Assembly (NCBI RefSeq): GCF_006345805.1
Contig: NC_043004.1
Location: 98,332,001 to 98,396,000, forward strand
DNA length: 64,000 nucleotides
Source of the DNA: Octopus sinensis
Taxonomy: Eukaryota
Reading direction: 5' to 3'
Both the position numbers and the translations under genes were made by a program. Below, piece after piece: positions 48,766 to 63,999 of this stretch. The notes below the pieces were generated by a model. That model did no database searches. It was not told the DNA's origin and saw only the letters and a list, made by a program, of their open reading frames with translations. How positions within the stretch are numbered: position 1 is the first letter of the stretch; every line of letters starts with the position of its first letter.

Positions 48766-51035
48766 AATAGTAATAATAATTTCACAGAAATGTTTTGTTT
48801 GTTTGTGTTTTTCCTCACATTTTGCAACTGTTGTTGTATTTAGCCCCAGGTCAAACGTTTTTAAATAGACTTATGATCAAAGAAGTTCCGTGATTATTCA
48901 GTCTTTTATTGAGATGCAGTGATACAACAACCACATTATCCATTGTTCTTCAGTTCTTTTAGCTATCACGTTTAAGGTCACTCTAGATGTCTATTTTAAG
49001 ACGACAGTGTGAGATTGGAGAAAGATTAGACTATCATTTCTAGCAGGTTGAGTGACCACATAAAGATCTCTTTGTTAAATTGACTTGTTGCTGTTGTTGG
49101 AAGTAAGTGCAATGTTGAAAAAATAAAGAACAATAGTTTATAAGATGGCTGACTTTATATAAACTGCCTTTCAAAATGGCTGATTAGTTTTCTAGATAAC
49201 GAACTAAGCATTGTATTTCCTAAATTATTGGATAAAGCGTCGGTCTATTTTCCAAGTGGCACAGGTCCTGGGAGAGGAAGAAGAATGAGAAAAATGCAGG
49301 ACAGTAAACCATTTTTATGGAAAATACTCATTGTGTTGCAACCGAAATTCAGTCATATGTGGAAAATGGTTTAAACGAAGACAAAAACGTACATTTCTAT
49401 TCATTCATCTATCCATTCAATCATTTAGCTAACTAGTCCATCATCCTTTTATGGAACAATGCAGCCACTCAAGCAAAGTTTTGTTCATGTGTATAGGTAT
49501 ACGTGTATATGTGTGTGTGAGTTAATTTCTGAATAGCTTCCTCTAAATTCGTAACAGCTGAATGAAGAATTATATACCTACTTACATATAAGCACGCAGA
49601 TATACACTTGTGTGTATATGCACGTTTGCGAGAGTCTATGTGCTCTTGTACGTTTGCTTATTTGTAACAAAAGTAGGCACGTACACACGTATATATATGT
49701 TTCTGAAACTTATATTTACATGTATATGTCAATAATGTAAGTGCGTTTGCTCGTGTAGTTAAGTGGTTAGGACGTTTCCATAGAAATCGGGAGGAATTAG
49801 ATTCAAACGCACTGCGTCGCATATTTTGTATTTTCTTTTACAATAAAACATTGTCCACTTAAGTTTTGTAAGTGAAATTGAGAAAACGATTTGGAAAACA
49901 CGTTGGATGAACTTTAAATGAAATCGAATGAGTTTAGCCTTTGTTACATATTGTGTCTTGGTGATTCTGATGGAGAATTATTCCAAAGATACGCGAATCT
50001 AGGAAATATGTACCTACTTATAATTATATGAATCGTTAGTTCAGTTTATCAAATAAGTAGGGAACACATCATTGTAACCGTATGAAATTTATTTACGTTT
50101 TACTTTGGTTTTGCATTTACGTACATGAATAAATGTACATAGATCGCAGAAGTACAGCTGTAAAAAGAGTAACTCCAGAGAGAACGATTTAATCCAGTCG
50201 CAGGGAATATTTCTAGTGCCAGTGGAATGAAAAAACATTATATATGGCCAGTAAAGAGCATTCAACCATAAAACCATGTCACAAATTAAATATGACTCAG
50301 CAATCCATACTGCTAGCTACACGTGTATCAGAACTTATACTGAGTACTAGAATTTCTAGACAAACGCAAACTAAATCTTCAGGGATAGTCATATGATAAC
50401 ATGAAACCAATCTATTAGGGAAAACGTATAGAACAGAGTTGGACGGGTTATTCTTATTGCTGTGTGTGCTAGGTAAGAAAGGACTCTGCTGAGAGACAAC
50501 CCGGAGGACTGCAACTAACGGTGGCAAAATGATATGAGATCTATCCAGCCTGTGGTAATAGGGACATATGAAAGCGAATTCATGAAGATGTTAATGTTTC
50601 TATACATGTACATACACATATATATATATATATATATATACATGTGTGTGCATGTATATATATATATATATATATACCGGAGTAAACATATACGTCTGTA
50701 TATGTATGTATGGCGTTTACGCGCATCCTTTTGTGTATGTTGATATATATATGTAGATTTTAATATAAATATGTATTGCAGTATTTATAACAGGTTTAAT
50801 TTCTATGCATTAATTTGCACTGTCTTCATTAACGTCAATAGGTTTTTTCCTCGGATTTTATAATTTTTATAAGTTTTTTATATATATATACATATATTTT
50901 TGACCTTTTTGTTTATCGCTCGAAGATTGACCGTTTTTTCTAAAGGGCCAATCAAACAAGTCCATTTCTTTTTAAAGGTGTAGCGTTTGTAAGAGTATAG
51001 ATTGAATTGATATATCAGTTCCATTCTAGCAAAAA

Positions 51036-51073
51036 CTGTCTGATGAACGGCAACGAGAAACTCAGAGTAACAG
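51036..51073 (+). ncRNA. Minimal type-I hammerhead motif, family F8 (A.A mismatch at base of helix II)
   Basis: CTGT-CTGATGA-ACG gcaa CGA-GAA-ACTCAGAGT-A-ACAG; about 35 nt upstream of (TA)n. Confidence 0.6.
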
Positions 51074-51105
51074 ATTTTGTTGAATTTTCTGCTGCTTAAA
51101 ATAAA

Positions 51106-51162
<57 letters not shown>

Positions 51163-51439
51163 TATATATACATACATGTAAATGCAAGCATATTTCATAC
51201 ATTCATACAAATGCGTGTATGCGTTTGTCGTGATTGTAAGCACGTTAGATATTTTGGAGAGACAAGCATGTATGCACTCTAAACTTCATCTGAAACTAGT
51301 GAGCTTTATGTAGTTGATTAGCATGAGCTTTAAACGTTTGATACCTGGAATGACCAACTATATACAGTGTTATAAGTCGTTTTGCACACTTTTTTTGTTG
51401 TGGATGGGGTATTTAATAGTAATTGATTCGTTAGCTCCT

Positions 51440-51905
51440 CTCCGTGTTTCTTTTCTGTGTATTTTTCTGTTGAAGAGCGTAGGCTCGAAGCGTAAAATAC
51501 TTGTTTTATTTCTATTCCTGAGCGCCATACTAATACAATTGTTTGTTTGTACTCCACCTGCCTTCGTCTTTAGTTTATTTTCGTAAAGCTTCCTGTTATT
51601 TAATAGTAATGTTTGAGATCAAGGTAAAATGCCTTATAAGGTGTCATCTCAATCCCCGGCGTTCTGAGTTTGTATCCTTATAGGTGTCTTTCATCATTCT
51701 AGCTTTTATAAGATTAAGATAACCTCTAGAATTTATAGTTCAAATTTGCAGAAAACAAAAGACGAAGACAGGTGTAGGAACAACAATCAGGTGTTTTAGT
51801 TTAACGCTCGGGAATAATGGAAAAGTCTTTTACGTTCCGAGCCTACACTCTTCAACAGAAAAGATAAGAGGGAAAAAAGGAGAGAGAATGAAAAAAAAAA
51901 CGGAG
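51440..51905. repeat. Two inverted copies of the F4 repeat, each with a degenerate A6U hammerhead-like motif
   Basis: Plus 51463-51497 TTTT-CTGTTGA-A-GAGC gtag GCTC-GAA-GCGT-A-AAA; minus 51827-51863 CTTTT-CTGTTGA-A-GAGT gtag GCTC-GGA-ACGT-A-AAAG. Confidence 0.6.
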
Positions 51906-53339
51906 AGGGGAGACAAATGTGTAGGAATTAACAGTTCAACATGATGAAATTACCTTGAATATTTACACTCAGCATCAGCAACAATTAGAAAAAAGACATG
52001 AACATTCATGAGATGTATTTTGGTGCTGTAACGAACGTAAGATGATGCTTCGAGTAGAAAACTTGATCAGAAAAAATGTAATTAAAATAAATGGTGTGCC
52101 AGTAATATATCCAGAAGGGTTCCATGATGGGGTTTGGATAAGACATTTGAAACTACATGGTATCGTGTTCAAATCTAGGGTAGGGCACTTTGGAAAAATT
52201 CTTGTAACACAGCCTTAGGTTAGCGAAACTCTTGTCAGTGAAATTTGGTTGAATAAAATTATACGGATTTCAGTTAAATTGACCGCTTCGGATCGTAATA
52301 TTTCATCGGAATTAACACAATCACCTCACCTTGGATGCCATTAGATGGACCAGATCTCTCTGCTGAGGCTGTCTATAAAACACGTGGAGGACAACTTTGT
52401 CGTCCTTTCAGGTTTGATAAATAGTATCAATCTAGAAAGACATCTTAGGGGAACTGTTAAATCATTGGATGATATATTATGTGGTATCTCTTCCCTTTAT
52501 TTGCCTTTAGTTAACAATGCCTGCAATGACTCTGGGGCTAACCGTACCAGCCCTAAAGTAGCGGGGTTTTCTTTATGGTATATTGGAGGGTCGTCTGCGT
52601 TCATGGACAACTTGCATGCCCTATCCTTCACATAGTAATGCAATTGAAGAGTCCACCCAAGCTGAGGGTGGCGCTGCGATATTTCCCTCACTAGTCTCAG
52701 ACAACTTGAAAAAAGACAAGGTCATTACTCTTTGTCATCTGACAAAACCATGAATAAAATTACGAATATATCTCTCCTTATAATTTAACCTAGTATCTAA
52801 AACAGAAATCAATTTCCTTTGATCACTAGATAATATTTTCATAAAATATGTTTCTAAATGTTCCATCAGTTTCTTTTATTCCTTTTAATCATTATAATTA
52901 TCAAATTTATTATTATTCTATATTTAAATTTCATCTACTCAGCCAATCATTAATAGCAAATAATTATTTTTGTAATGTACAATTCATGAGCTTGTTTTGT
53001 TTTACTTAATCACTATTCTTTAACTATTATAAGATAACTGCAATGATCTATTATTGGCAAGCTATTTTTATGGTAGAAAGATGAGAGGGACAATATCTAA
53101 ACGAATATATAAATATATAGTACTTAGCTTTGTCTACTGAAGTTCATATATATTTTTTATAGAAATTTTAACTAATAATATTTTTTGTTTCTGATAAAAG
53201 GATTCTGTCATCTTTAATGTAGAAGCACCCACATAACCACCAACAGATTCCAAAAAATATTTTTAAATGTAACAGCATCCATTTATCAGCCTATCATTTT
53301 TATATAGCAAAGAAGACGAAATCAGACTCTTCAAGAATA

Positions 53340-53375
53340 TATAAACATACATACATACATACATATATATATATG

Positions 53376-53446
<71 letters not shown>

Positions 53447-53616
53447 ATATACATATATATATGTGTGTGTGTGTGTGTGTAAATATATGCATATCTATAA
53501 GTCTGATGTTTTTATGTATGTATGTATGTATGTATATGTCAGTACATATGTATGTGTGTAAATAAAAATACATATATATATATATATTTATCGATCGATC
53601 AAGATGTATGTGTGTG

Positions 53617-53675
<59 letters not shown>

Positions 53676-53952
53676 ATTTATCTAAATATATATGTGTGTC
53701 TGCGCGTATGTGTATGTGTATAGGTATATGTATATAATTATATATAAATATTATGTACATATATATATATATATGCATTTTTTGTATATTTATATATAAA
53801 CAGAGAGAGAGGAGGGTAGATAGATAGACAGATGTGTGTGGATATAGTTATATGTATGTATGCATATATAGATATGTATATATGTGTGTGTTGTGTGTGT
53901 GTATGTATGTATATAATATATATTTATCGATCGATCAAGATGTATGTGTGTG

Positions 53953-53993
<41 letters not shown>

Positions 53994-54206
53994 ATATATA
54001 TATATCTATTTATCTAAATATATATGTGTGTCTGCGCGTATGTGTATGTGTATAGGTATATGTATATAATTATATATAAATATTATGTACATATATATAT
54101 ATATATGCATTTTTTGTATATTATATATATATATATATATATGTATGTATATATATATATATATGTATGTATATATATATATATGTATGTATATATATAT
54201 ATATAC

Positions 54207-54248
<42 letters not shown>

Positions 54249-54335
54249 ATAAATATATATTTGTATCTATATATAAATATGTGTGTGTATATATACGTAC
54301 ATACATATATGTGCGTATGTGTGTGTGTTTGTACA
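53340..54335. repeat. Compound microsatellite block containing a ~205-bp direct duplication
   Basis: 53581-53790 is repeated at 53921-54122. Confidence 0.85.
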
Positions 54336-54922
54336 CACACATATTTTTTACTATTAGAGATTCAGATATTTATAACGAATTTTAATCGTAAAACACCTTT
54401 TATATTTTTATATAATAAAACTTATTTCCATACAAGCATCAATAGGATTCACATCAAACGGATTAATATGAAATTTATGAGCATACTTTTCTAGTATATG
54501 ACACATGAATATGTTATGTTTTAATATATCATTTACGAAACAACGCTCACCCTTTGTGAAAATACTTAAAAACGACTGTCATTTGCATCTAGGAATAAAA
54601 TTATAATAGAATTAATTTTTTCGTAATTTCAAGTGAGGGTGATCCATTTCCTGAGAATTTGGTAAACTAGAGTACTTATTACTATAGTTTGTTGACATTC
54701 CTTCTTGTTCTCTGTTTTCAAAACTCATAGAATAAGAATAAATCATTACTTGAAAGACAGTTAAGAGTTGGTGACTGGAAGGGTATCCACCTGTGAAACA
54801 ATGTCCTTGTAATATGTATTCGTCCAATCTATGGTAACGTTACAAACTGGGAAAACGGATGTTAACCGAAAGAATATAAGTATATATATGTGTATGCATG
54901 TATGTATATATACATACATACA

Positions 54923-55093
<171 letters not shown>

Positions 55094-55449
55094 CATACTG
55101 AACAACTTATATATATATACACGCTGAACAACTTATTCTCTGTGTTTAACAACGATCAGAAATTTTGATTCAAGTTAATATATTCATGAATGCTCTGAGG
55201 AGAGAAAATATCGGAAGTTTTAGAGAGGAAAATAACCAAATACCAGGAAGAATGGGTGGTGAGCAAGATGTTAAACAGTGGAGGGTAGTGACGGAAGTTT
55301 TTGCAGGTTGTACTCTTAGTGAGGCCCATAAAGCACTTAGCATTTCAGAAGCTTTCCACAGAAGAACCATGAAAATATAGCGAAACTGTTGCTAAGAACG
55401 CATCTAACTACCAATAGTTGCAAAAAGATGATGTGTGGGGTAAGTAGGT

Positions 55450-55654
55450 TACCTATTTCTTTACTGCCCACAAGGGGCTAAACACAGAGGGGACAAACAA
55501 GGAGAGACAAACGGTTTTAAGTCGATTATATCGACCCCAGTGCGTAACTGGTACTTATTTAATCAACCGGAAAAGATGAAAGGCAAAGTCGACCTCGGAG
55601 GAATTTGAACTCAGAACGTTGCGGTAGACGAAATACCGCTAAGCTCGCCGCCTT
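55450..55654 (-). mobile_element. SINE family C, single-unit copy
   Basis: One unit, ending at ...AAAGAAATAGGTA; small deletion in head. Confidence 0.85.
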
Positions 55655-55964
55655 TGAGGTCAGTAGGATACCGTTTGAACTAGGCCTGGGCTTGCTGAAT
55701 TTATGTCAATTTTTCTGAATGTTCAAAATATTGAATGGTTTTGAGATACCTCCTGGACGATGTGTTCAACTATTGCATCCGCAAATATATATTAAACAGA
55801 TAACATTGGATAACTGAATCTGTAGAACGATCGAAAAAATGACTTATGATATTTAATTGCATAGATCTAAATAAACTTTGAGTGAAATTAATCTATTCTT
55901 CTTCATTAGATGCTTTGGATGAAATTCAATCTACAGTGAGATTATCATTCTACTTGTGACGACT

Positions 55965-56046
55965 TTATCTGTGGCCGAGCGGTCTAAGGCGCTGGTTTAA
56001 GGCACCACTCTCTTCCGAGGCGCGGGTTCGAATCCCACCACTGCCA
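55965..56046 (+). tRNA. tRNA-Leu(AAG), probably a pseudogene (5' acceptor strand replaced)
   Basis: GTGGCCGAGCGGTCTAAGGCG D arm, CTGGT-TT-AAG-GC-ACCAC anticodon arm, long variable arm, GGTTCGAATCCC, 3' CACTGCCA; positions 1-5 do not pair; T6 at 56054-56059. Confidence 0.85.
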
Positions 56047-56789
56047 TGTGATATTTTTTATAAAGAAATCTATCTATTATAATACTGCTCTAATTTGTGT
56101 CCGCATATTTATACGAAAATATGTACTAATAACAACAGATGCACTAAACAGCATAACTCAAGGTATATTTACTCCAAACACCAGCATTACGATTACCACC
56201 ATTTCGACCACGACTGCTAACCACGACCATCACCATAAAGTTTTTCCATAGCTATCACGTTTTTGGTTTAATTTCCATATTCACTTCAGTTAGTATATTA
56301 TTCATTTTAATAAGCGGCTATTTTTAAATTCATTAGTCTCCTAGACGCATTAATTTGGATAACAATACACTTTTGATTACCATAGCCAAGAATATAAAAT
56401 ACAACCTTCACAGGTGTGTGTGTGTGTGTATGTCTGTTTATATACATTTATATATATTATGCGTCCACAGGTACACACCTCTGTCAGTGTGTGTGTGTGT
56501 GTGTGAGGGTTATGTCTACTATCAATAAGCTACATACGTCATTTCTTTGTTGTTTCCGTTCTGTGTTCTCCTGTTTTTACTTGAAAGAAATTTGACGTAA
56601 AGCTCAGCGTTCCAATTTGACATGTATACATCCAGTGAGTGTAATTCAGTATTCACTGGGAGATATCTATTCAAACATCTACGCTGTAATATATCGTTTG
56701 ACAAAAACCTATCTTGACAAGAGTGCTTTTTCCAAATGGCTGTCTTGTTAAAACGGTTCACGGGCTAAAAAAAAACTCGTGTTTGTGCA

Positions 56790-57985
<1,196 letters not shown>

Positions 57986-57989
57986 ATAA

Positions 57990-60900
57990 TAACTTAGAAT
58001 AACTTAGAAAGGTTTTTGGCCAGTATTGGCCCAGGCCATGTCTAACTTAATAGCACCACCTGGCGAAGTCTTTCAGTTCAGGATTTGGGCACCAAGGCCC
58101 ATTCGAGCAGAGAGTTATTGTTTGCGGAGACATATCCGGTGTGGGTGGTTTGTCCGGTACTGTTTGAAGGAATTTGTCCAAAGACTTCTTGAATTTTGTG
58201 TGGTCAGTTTCTTTTTTGACGTGTCCTGGTGTAATGTTGAAGAGAGCGGGTCCAATTGAGGTGAAATAGTTGTGCCGTATTGTCGTTATGTGATGCGATT
58301 TAGATTTTTGTTGTGGACGGATGGCACGTGGTCCAAGCCTTGGATGCATTTTGAAGGTGATGCCAACATCATTCGGACAGTGCTGATGGAATATTTTCCA
58401 CATCATACAGATAATGTAGCGTTCACGGCGTCGTTGGAGTGAATACAATTTCAGCTTCTCTAGTCTACCCCAGTAGTCAAGGTCTGACATGCCATCTATC
58501 TTTTTTGTGATTGACCTTTGGGGAGCTTCAATTTCATAATATTTTGTTTTGTGTAGGGAGACCACAGTGGACAGCAGTATTCAAGGTGGGGTCGGGCAAA
58601 AGTGGAGAAGAGAAGGATAATAGTGTGGGAATCTCTCGACTGGAAGGTTCTGAGAATCCAGGAACACATTCTGCGGGCCATGTCAACTTTGCTGCTTATA
58701 TGTGTAGCCCAGCTTATGTTGTTGTCCACTGTTACTCCCAGGTCTCTGATGTTGTTGGATGCCATGAGAATTTCTCCAGAAGGAAGAGAGTATGGGAGTT
58801 TCAGAGCGTCCTCCCTTCCAAAGTGGATCAGTTCGAATTTGTCTTCATTTAGCAACATGTTATTCTTTTCCGCCCATTGGACAACAGCCAGTAGGTCTGA
58901 CTGAAGGTTTATTCGGTCATCCACGCCATTGATGACCTTCTGGAGCTTGGAATCATCAGCGAAGGTTCTGATGTTGCTGTGTTTGATGGTGTCAGTAATA
59001 TCATTTATGTAGATGATGAAGAGAAGTGGGCCCAACACAGTGCCTTGTGGGACACCACTGCTGACTTTGGCTGGGCTGGATTTGACTCCTTCGACTACAA
59101 CATGTTGGGTTCTGTTAGAGAGGAAGCACTTGATCCATTGCAGCAGCTTTCCAGTGACACCAATATTGGACAGCTTTCTCAGAAGGATCTTATGATCAAC
59201 CCTGTCAAAGGCCTTGCTGAAATCAAGGTAGATGACATCAGTGTTGTAACCCTCTCCCAAGGCTCTCAAAATGTCATCAAAATGATGCAGTAGCTGCGTC
59301 AGGCAATCTCTCCCATTACGGAATCCATGCTGGTTGGGGTTCAGCATATTATGACTCTCAAGGAAGTGAGTCATACGCGATCTCAGCACCCTCTCAAATA
59401 CCTTGATGATATGAGAGGTGAGTGAGATTGGACGGTAATTCACGGCAAGCGATTTGTTTCCTTTTTTGAAAACTGGGACAACAGACTGGGATAGAAGGTC
59501 TTCTGGTATATATCCAGCATCCAATGAGTTCCGCCACAGATTGGCTAGAGGGGGTGCAAGTTGGTTTTGACACATCTTCAAGACACAAGCAGGGAACCTA
59601 TCGGGACCTACTGCTGAATTATGCTTCATTTCCTTTATTGCTGCTAAGACATCAGGAGCGCCAAATGTTATGTCCGATAAAGTGTATTGGGGAGTAACAT
59701 CACTGATACAGCCCAGATCAGTCATATCAGGATTGCTGAAAACAGAGCAATATTGTTTCTGCAATATTTCTCCCATGGTTTTGGCATTGTCTTGAAGAGT
59801 ACCATTTTCATCAATCAGAGGGCCAACAGTAGAACCAGTGACTCTGTGTTTTTTGCAAATGAAAAGAACACTTTGGGATTGAGTTTGATCTTCTCAATGG
59901 CCCAGGCCTCTTCAGCTCTTCGCTGACTATTGATGATAGACATCATGTTGTTTTGGAGTTTATGTTTTTTAATCTCTAGCGACGAGATGGCAGTCAGGTT
60001 GGTGTGTTGCTGTTGACAGTATTTCAGCATGTTGATCTTTTTGTTGATTCTTTTAATTTTCCTTATGAGAGATTTTCTATTTCTAGGGATTCGACACTTA
60101 GATTTGTTTGCAGATCTTAATGGGGTGTGGCTTGCACATATGTTCGTGATGGTGTCTACAAGTGACTGCCAGGACTTTTTGATGTTAGTGGGTGTGTATG
60201 TGTGCGTGAAGGACCAATCGTCTTGTGCAAGATCATTATTGATCGCTTCCCAGTTTGCATTGTGGAAATCCATAGTGTCAAATGGATGAACAGGAGGGAT
60301 GACATTTGTTTTGCATTTTGACCAGTGAAATCTCAGATCACAGAGAACCATGTCATGGTCGGAGAGTAGGGTTTTCTCCACTGCAATATTGTGGATAGTA
60401 TCAGTGTGATTGCTGAAAATTAAGTCTAAGACGTTTTTGTGACATCTCGTTGGTTCGAGTACCAGTTGGGACAAGAAGAAGTCATCCATGAAGTCAAGAA
60501 GCGATTCCACTGCCTCCCTGTCAGGGGTTGAGAGAGAGGAACCTGGCAGCAGACTGTTTGTAGACCAGTCAACCCCGGGAAGGTTGAAATCTCCCATCAT
60601 TAAAATGTTGTCAGGTTGACACTGCTGAATGAAACACTTTATGCTGTTGAGGCATTCCTTGAAGCATGGTAGGGGCGTTTGGGGTGGTCTGTAGAGCCCA
60701 ACTACTGTTAAGTTGTTGGTTTGACTGAATACAGCGACTGCTTCGCAGTATCCATTCGAAAATATGTTCATGGCTTCTGTTGAGAATGAATCATGGACAT
60801 AAATGGCAGTCCCACCCTTTCTTCTGCCAACACGATCAGCACGAATGGTTTTGAAATTTTTAACTTTCACCTCGGCTTCCAAGTGGAGGTCACTAAGATG

Positions 60901-61175
60901 GGTTTCAGTGAGGACGAAGAAAGGGATGTGGTTTGGATGGGCCTCGACCCAGTCCTCCAGGAATCTTATCTTCCATTTTTGTGTATTGGTGGAAGGGCTG
61001 ATGCCTTGGGCATTAAGCAGAAATGTTGAGGCGAGAGTGGATGGTTTTAATTGTTTTGGTGATTTGTTTATTTGATTGCTTTTTAATGGCATGTGTAGTG
61101 GGGTAATAGTGGAGGATGGCGGTGGGTGATAGCTCGGATGTTTTTTCCAGTTCTTTTGCTAGATTCATTATAGCT
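57990..61175 (-). mobile_element. CR1-group non-LTR retrotransposon, 5'-truncated, young
   Basis: APE endonuclease + RT ORF2; 3' tandem repeat (TTCTAAGTTA)x2; (TA)n on both flanks. Confidence 0.95.
58047..61092 (-). CDS. LINE ORF2 (APE endonuclease-reverse transcriptase), ~1015 aa, split by two 1-nt frameshifts
   Basis: LNAQG, LTETHL, GLYRPP, MGDFN, LDLIF, SDHDMV; YRPISLTS, QHGF, LDFSKAFD, GVPQGTVLGPLLF, FADD, DLGV; LYSLQRRRER. Confidence 0.92.
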
Positions 61176-61261
61176 ATATATATATATATATATACTGCCC
61201 CACAGAAAGCTATGTATGTGTCTACATATATGCATGCATGTTTGTGTGTATGTGTTTGTGT

Positions 61262-61300
<39 letters not shown>

Positions 61301-61608
61301 TGTGCATAATGTGTATAGATTACACTAGTTCAAAGCAAAACCGTTAAACCTTAATAGAGGAACCAGTATCTTGACTTGTGCATGCTACACCCAATATTGT
61401 GTTTTTTGTTGCTGTTGCATATTTAGATGAAGTATGAAGTATTGGTGCCGATAATATACTACATATATGTGTATATATGCATACATATATACACACGCGT
61501 ATACATATTTATATACGTGTTTGTGTACATGTAAGTGTATTTCCTCTGATGTTTGCTGACTGTCCTACGATACATGTGTATAGTAGCTACCTTAAAGTAA
61601 ACGATGTA

Positions 61609-61677
<69 letters not shown>

Positions 61678-61685
61678 CAGTAGTA
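61609..61685. repeat. (TAG)n microsatellite
   Basis: Direct reading. Confidence 0.95.
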
Positions 61686-62169
61686 GTTCAGATTCAAATC
61701 CGTTCTGATCAAACTTTGCTCTTATCAATGACAAGCCACTCGCTACCATCTTGCATTTTATTCAGACTGTTGTTCCTCCATCTTAGGAATGTAGGGTATA
61801 GTTTGTGAACAATTTAGTCACTATTTCTAGCTGTTTGAGTGACCATCCATTGACCCTCTTGTATATTCTGCCTTCATGCTAAGTGTACTATAGCAAAATA
61901 CATATCCGGTTATATTTATATATATACAACAGGTACCTTAGTGCACAGATCTACATCTGGCATTGTTGTGTATTGATTGCAGGCACAACAACATGTTGAA
62001 CTTTTATCAAACTAATTCTGTGATGAAAGGTTCAAATCTTTGTATTATTTATGATGCAATTTGTGTGTGCGAATTTTAGTTGTAGACACGATTAGCTCAG
62101 AATTGACTCCAACTTGCGAATGTTCCTCTCTGTTACGAACAACTTACGAAGGTAGCAATAAATTTTTTT

Positions 62170-62608
62170 TTTCTTTACTGCCCACAAGGGGCTACACGCA
62201 GAGGGGACAAACAAGGACAGGCAAACGGATTAAATCGATTATATCGATCCCAGTGCGTAATTTGTAATTACTTAATCGACCCCAAATGGATGAAAGGCAA
62301 AGTCGACCTCGGCGGAGTTTGAACTCAGAACGTAGCGGCAGGCGAAATACCTATTTCTACTTTTTTACTACCCACAAGGGTAGGACAAACAAGGACAGAC
62401 TACCCACAAGGACAAGGACAAACAAGGACAGACAAACAGATTAAGTCGATTATATCGACCCCAGTGCGTAACTGGTACTTATTTAATTGATCCCGAAAAG
62501 ATGAAAGGCAAAGTCGACCTTGGCGGAATTTGAACTCAGAATGTAGTGGCAGACGAAATACTGATAAGCATTTCGCCCGGTGTGCAAACGTTTCTGCCAG
62601 TTCGCCTT
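62170..62608 (-). mobile_element. SINE family C, two-unit copy with internal slippage
   Basis: Two units; local duplication of CTACCCACAAGG/GGACAAACAAGGACAGAC. Confidence 0.85.
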
Positions 62609-62890
62609 GTGTCCAGTCATTAATCCTCTATAAACTTTCTAGTAAAATATAGTCCAATGAGAAGCACTTTCATAAATTGCGGTGAGAGATGTTACTCGGT
62701 TTTCTTTGCCCTTATAATTATGACTTATTGACAGAGTGTTAATGAACGTTTTACATTTTAACAAATATAAAAAACGTTAAAGAATTATACGGGTGATTCA
62801 CGTGTTATCCTACATTGATCAGAAGTATATATTGATATAATCACCCAGGTATCTTTATCACAAAATATTCTCAAAGATTCGTGAACAACA

Positions 62891-63290
62891 TTACTCTTTA
62901 CTCTTTTCTCTCTTACTAGTTTCAGTCATTTGACTGCGGCCATGCTGGAGCACCACCTGTAGTCGACCAAATCGACCCCAGGACTTATTCTTTGTAAGCC
63001 CAGTACTTATTCTACCGGTCGCTTTTGCCGAACCGCTAAGTTAAAGGGACGTGAACACACGATTGTCAAGCAATTTTGGGGGGACAAACACAGACACACA
63101 AACACACACGTATATATACATATATACGACGGGCTTCTTTCAGTTTCCGCCTACCAAATCCACTCACAAGGATTTGGTCGGCCCGAGGCTATAGTAGAAG
63201 ACACTTGCTCAAGGTGCCACGCAGTGGGACTGAACCCGGAACCATGTGGTTGGTAAGCAAGCTACTTACCACACAGCCACTCCTGCGCCT
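62891..63290 (-). mobile_element. SINE family B, full length
   Basis: Homology to other family B copies. Confidence 0.9.
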
Positions 63291-63904
63291 ATTGTATAAA
63301 AATGAACAAGGAGCTGTAAAAAGATTTTTAAATGGTTCTTGACATATTGATTTTAGCAATGGCACAGTCATGCATTTTAGTGGAATTGCACAGATGTTCA
63401 AGTCGCCCCCATTAGTTTAAGTTAGGGACCACAATGCATCTCAGACAGCTTTGAGCTTAGAACGTAACTTCTGCGAGGCAACCTAAGGATTCCGTCAATA
63501 AAGAGATGTTGAAATCTTTAAACGTAACCCTCGTGTCCAAGAGTTAAAGCTACTGTAAGAACAATTTATTTTCCGTTTCTAAAACTATCAGGAGAAGTGA
63601 ACTAGAAACATTACGGTTGGATATGATTAAAACACGAAATCCTTAAAAAACATAATACCGTCGTCTTATTACTTCTGTCTGCACCACAGTTTTACTCTCT
63701 ATCTCCCTACATCTATCCTCTCAAGAAACTTCTCATCGACTTCAAAGCACACGAGTTCTGCAAGCATTTAGCCAGGACTTTTGTCACCTTATATACTCTC
63801 ATCAAGCAATACTTAGACATGATAACTTTCCTGACACTGAGCGTTGTATACTGCATAGATATTTCTGTCTCATATCACCCAACCGTCACATGGACGAAGG
63901 TATA

Positions 63905-63999
63905 TATTTATGTATGTATGTATGTATGTATGTATGTATGTATGTATGTATGTATGTATGTATGTATGTATGCATGCATGCATGCATGCATGTATGTAT
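63905..63999. repeat. (ATGT)n/(ATGC)n microsatellite
   Basis: Direct reading. Confidence 0.95.

Noticed and set aside
52340-52700. Overlapping ORFs with an NADD (YADD-like) string
   Set aside because: A single weak motif with no other RT motifs; cannot be assigned.
53255-53345. Minus-strand TTGAAGA-GTCT..AGGCT-GATAA
   Set aside because: Too many core lesions to call a hammerhead.
55165-55380. 71-aa ORF resembling an RTE LINE C-terminus (DVKQWRVV)
   Set aside because: Similarity is too weak; probably an old relic but unsupported.
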